A stretch of DNA of 64,000 bases from the human T2T-CHM13v2.0 reference genome, Homo sapiens. Numbering within the stretch: the stretch's first letter is position 1; each line of letters opens with the position of its first letter. Positions 58,341 to 64,000 of the stretch are shown here, piece after piece. A program made the position numbers and the translations under genes. A model generated the notes under the pieces. That model was not told the origin of the DNA, made no database searches, and saw only the letters and a program-made list of their open reading frames with translations. The stretch lies in NCBI RefSeq assembly GCF_009914755.1, contig NC_060934.1; one strand, given 5' to 3'.

Positions 58341-61300
58341 CTAAACCTTTAAGCACTATGAGGATTTAAAGAGTAAATACAATAATATAGTTGGTTGTTC
58401 ATTAGTATCTACAATATTTGAATTAAAGAGAGACAGTATATACAAAAGCTTTCAGAAGTGTAATACAAAGATTAGAGGCACTAAACTGTGGTCTCATCCT
58501 CAAGGTTAGCTTTCTTGGTCAGGATAACATGGTGTTTACCAGAATGTAGAATTATACCCACAGCTTACTGTAAGTATATTTGCAAGCACTTTTATTGATC
58601 ATAGACAACAAATCTACTTCATTTAACCCAGGCTGTTTGAAAAAAAATTACCTCATTTAATTTCCCATTTATAACCTTCAATAGATTATAGGTTAAAGCC
58701 TTCAAAATATCCATATGATTTATCTCATAAACATGAAAACATTTGTTAATTTATCCAATGTGTTTTAATTGTACAACACTCTTCTTTCCAAAGTAATATA
58801 ATCTACACGGATATATGTTAGTAATATTAGCAGAACTCTAAGTGAAATATTTGCCCCTAAATAGAATTCCACCAGTCCCACAATTCAAACTCTTCTCATT
58901 AGCCCATGTTTCTGACTTGCCCTTGTGCACATATAATCCTGCAAAATTACAATAAAATCTGAATACAACTTGATATTTGGCTTTTTTTCACTAACATTGT
59001 ATGTATTTTCCATGTTGCTATGTAGTTTTCACATATATTACTACTGATTTCACAGCACACCAAGAATGTGTCATAATTTACTCAAATACACTCCTTATTA
59101 TTAGAATTTATTTCTCATTCTTTACTATTTTACAGTAATACTGTAAAAAGAACTAATGAATTAACAAACATGAAAAGCAGGCTTTATTATCAAAATTTCT
59201 TAACATAATCTAAGTAGCTGTGCATATTCTATTGTGTCACAAAAACACAGAGGACTGGTACAGAGTATTGTTATCCATGTTAGAAAGGCATCAGCTGCCT
59301 ATAAGTAAAAATGTCTTTTTAAAAGATCATTACACTACTGTTCTTTTCCATGTTGTTACCCTCAAAAGACCTCTTAGATTAACAACTCAATATTAAAGGC
59401 ATATAATAATAATTAAAAAATCGATGTGCTCCTCAAATTATACAAAAACTGACTAAATCCTACGATTCCAAAATGAAAGGGCCCTTTATCTTCTCTTATA
59501 AATTTGAATTACATATTTCTTTCCTTAAAAATATATCATTTAAAGTATGTTCCAAATGTGTACTCTATAAACTGCTTAAAGCTTCAATTAAGGATCACGC
59601 TTAATTCTATGAAGCTAATATCCAATGAATTCTAAAATTTTAGTATTGTCCATTAAGTTGATTATTAAAACAGTCTTTAGTGAGGGTTAGCCTCATTGTC
59701 CTATGTTTTCTTTTGTGAATCTCTGAAGACTGATTATAAGAAAACAAATGTTATTTACCCCAGAAAGTCTTCTTCAGAGGTTTGTGAGTGAAATATATTT
59801 ATAAAGGGTCAACATGAAATTATCTGCATATAATTTAACTTTAGGAGGATTAATTTTCTCTAGCCCATGTTTTTCTGACACGCACCTAAGATTCAATATC
59901 TCTTTTCCCACCTGGCAAATTTTTCTAAATAGTTTCACGACAGTTCAGGACTCTCCTCTGGGTATCTCCAATAACAGGGACATATATGTCATTCTGAGAT
60001 AATGGACTTATTTATCACTATATTCAAAACCTCGTGGGATTTGATTATTTTAGAAATGCTACTTGACTGTTTTACCCCCAGACTTGAATAAAGTCTGGGA
60101 ACAGTTGCTAGAAAGGAACAGGGATGGAATGGTAGACTGTCTCTTTCAATGCCTAATAGCCTCTTAAATTACTGTGAATAAACAACCTGACCATAGTTCT
60201 GGATGATAAGTGGCAAAAGGTTCTCAGATAATAAGAAAATGAACATTAAAAAATAATATTATAAAATAAATGTAGCTTTTAAAAATGTTCCAACATGAAA
60301 ACTGCACTCTAAGTATTTGAGGGACTTCCTCCGAAACCCCATTCCAAACATATACCAATGTTAAAATTTAAAGAGAGAAAATTATAAACATATAGCCATG
60401 ATCAAAAACTTGTTAAGCATCTCTGTAGACAAAAACAAAAGAAAACCTGTAGCCATAAACAGAGGTTAAGCTATAAGCCTCCTGGGCTCCATGACTACAA
60501 GTAGGCAGACGAAACCAGAAGTCTGACTCCCATAGAGTGATGAGGACTGAAAGTACTCTACCAAGGCCTGGGATCACAGCCAGGCTTGCTGCTTGAAATC
60601 AGGGGATGCAGTGGCAATCCACCGCCTGTGGGGAAAAAAAAATGCGAAAGTGAGAAGGACACTGCCTGAGGCTACAACTTACAAAACATTATGTATCTGA
60701 GATGTTAAGAGGCAATGGTTTTAGCCCCACAGTCCAGACCAGGCCAAGGGACCTGCAGGCTTGGTATCTGGATCTGCAATGGCCCCAATGTAACCTCAGG
60801 AGGGAGCCCTAAGCCACCTATATAAGACCTAGTTCTTGCCTAGGTGTCTCAGAGAAAAGAGTAAAAACATCTATAAAGCCACTAGGGAGAGGTGAAGAGA
60901 GAGGAGAGAGAAACTCACACTCAAGATGGGCCTGAAAATTAAAATTCCACTCGCAGAAACATAATATTTCAATTATCAAAGAGAAATTATTTACTTCACA
61001 GTTTAACCACCTATGTGCAATTCTTAACAATGCCAAAGTCTAAAACATTTTTATAACACAATGACAGGTTTGAAGCAGATACACAAACTGCACAACTATA
61101 CACGGGGTGCTGCTTCAAGAGTCTATAGCAATTTCTGGCTACATTTTTAATTAAGTTTATTCTGTGGCCTCTATTATCAAAGATGGCATACAAGAAATCA
61201 TCTTATTTTTCAATCTTCCATAAATTTCCTATTGCTGACTTTGATAAACCCTGGGAATTGTATATAGTAACCACAAATCATGCCTAATACAGTGCCAAGA

Positions 61301-61624
61301 CAACTGTAACTATGGTGGCTTGCATCTTCTTTAGGGTGGCCTTGGTACATATCTAAAGACAATGAAAACAAGTAGCCCCCTCAGTTTGGATGTATTTTTT
61401 TTAAAAAAAGGCCTTACTGTGTGGAGAAAATCAACAAATAATTATTTCCCTTGTGCATTTTATTTTAAGGCACAAAGAAAAATTATTTAGAAGAAGTATA
61501 TGTTCAGGGGTACTCCAGAAGACAGTGAGCATGTTGAAAGTAGATAAGAATTATGATTTGGGCTTTAAGAATAAAATTTCCACTGAGTAGTATTATACAA
61601 AAACTTAACAGGTTGTTTCATAAT

Positions 61625-61745
61625 CCCTATGGTTAGACACCATCAAACAGGCTAGAAGACCATCTGCTGGGAGTGCTACAGAAGAGACTCCTATATAAGG
61701 AAAGAGAAACTCGTGAGGTCTCCACCAACTTCAGGACTCTATTGT
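61625..61745 (+). mobile_element. L3/CR1 3' end fragment
   Basis: aggctagaagaccatctgctggg...gaggtctccaccaacttcaggactctatt. Confidence 0.4.
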
Positions 61746-62971
61746 CAGTTTTAAAATTTTTGTTTTGTTGTTGTTTTTCCCTCAGCATAGAATGTTTAAG
61801 ATCTTGGACACCAGTACAATTTCCTGGATGTACCAAGTCCATTTGAAATAACAGGAGCTAAGTATGTGTAAGAACTGTCAACAGTAAAATCTACTTCTTT
61901 TTCTCAGCTATTTATGAAATTACAAAAGGTAAAGGCAAAAAGATCGTTAATTAATCATTCAGTTCAAAGTAAAGGTGTACTCATTAGGAGTTATGAAAAG
62001 GTAGCAGAGGCAGCTAGTAAAAAAGGGTGATGTTAGAATCCCTGATTGGTATTATAAAGAGCCAACAGATTGGCACACAAATAGAAATGCACCTAGCAAT
62101 CTCTATTCTAAATCATTTAATTAAAGATACTATAATAATCAAAATAGATGACAGGAAAGAATATAGTGAATATTTCATAGCTAGCAATATATAAGATGTA
62201 TGAGTTTCAGAATAGGGAGAATGGGCACCCTGAAAGCTAAAACTACAAAATAGGAACTCCAGTGATTTCCTGGTCAAAATATCACTAACGACCTAATATA
62301 CTGTTAATAAATAACACTTAAAGAATTATAAAATATAATAGATGAGCTAGCAAAAGTAAATGACCAACTTTAATTAAAGTGATTACCTGAAACCACCCTT
62401 AGCAGACAAGCCTATGCATGGAAGTTCAGACAACCAATGTTCCTAGAACAGCATGAACTTTATACCAATAGCCTTTACAGAACAAAGCATGGTCAAAATG
62501 TATACTATAGATAAGTAACTAGGAATATGATAGCTAGCACAATTGGAACAACCTAAAAACAAAACAACAAAAGCTACACTGGGTTTAAAAAAATACGAAA
62601 ACTACAAACTATGTCCCTAACAAAATGGAAACAATAGTCAGTGAAAAACAATAATCAGTGATTTTATCCAAAAACATTTAGCTATATCTACACAATACAG
62701 AAATGTTAATTCCCTAAGGCTATCCAATGTATGCTATCCAATAAGCATTAGGCATATTTAAGCACTTAAAATGTGCCAGTACAAATGAGAAACCAAAATT
62801 TTAATTAATTTATATTTAAATTGAAAAACTGATATTCTACTGAGTTACTGGAAAGTTTTGCTTATAACGATTTGGGTACGTGAATGTACCTGTTAGCTAT
62901 ATGCCTTATGAAATCTCAATACAGATCAAGTATTTTCAATCAAAATTTGGCTTCCAAATTAAGGTGTGCTA

Positions 62972-63615
<644 letters not shown>

Positions 63616-64000
63616 TTAAATGTGACTTTTAGAAAATTTAACATCACCTCTGTGTTTTGTATCACATATCTATTGCACAGTGCTGCTCTAAGGGATCAAT
63701 GGCTTGAAAAAGTGTGTCAGCTGTCAAAAATCTGAAATATCTGTCAGTCATGATTTATATGTAAAATATTATCTTATCCCTTAGTGTCACAAAATATTTC
63801 TTTAGGCTACCCAGAATTTGAATATTTATACATTTCAAAGTCATCTGTATCCTCTTCATACAGTGGATCGTTACAGATCATTAAAGTATTACTCTGGAGT
63901 TATTGTAAACTTTGGTAACATTTAATGGCCATTCTGACATCCAGGCTAAGTAATCAAGTAAAGAATGCTAATTAATCAAAGACTTATTGATTTCGTCTCT

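Noticed and set aside
60270-61000. GC-richer segment as a possible promoter or exon
   Set aside because: CpG-poor and more like a decayed L1ME 5' region; I could not support either call

Overview
Primate (very likely human) AT-rich, repeat-dense genomic DNA. The only supportable coding sequence is a 102-bp minus-strand exon at 65-166 encoding [34 protein letters not shown], the HPD-containing core of the J-domain of DNAJC1 (ERdj1/MTJ1), recognised as exon 2. Everything from 167 to 64000 is read as the very long upstream intron; no CpG-rich first exon is in the window. The intron holds about 30 Alus, fragmented old L1M and L2 elements, MaLR and ERV1 solo LTRs, Tigger/MER/Charlie/Kanga DNA transposon fossils and a 3'-truncated tailless 7SK retropseudogene. 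Most long ORFs in the supplied track are Alu/L1 artefacts. I found no convincing new biological system. The best second-look items are an unrecognised 347-bp TSD-flanked insert inside an L1, two local templated duplications of old repeat DNA, two template-switch-like micro-repeat scars, the symmetric HPD exon with a C-rich acceptor, candidate poison exons and two motif-dense non-repeat segments. Repeat subfamily names come from remembered consensus sequences, and the boundaries of old elements are approximate.
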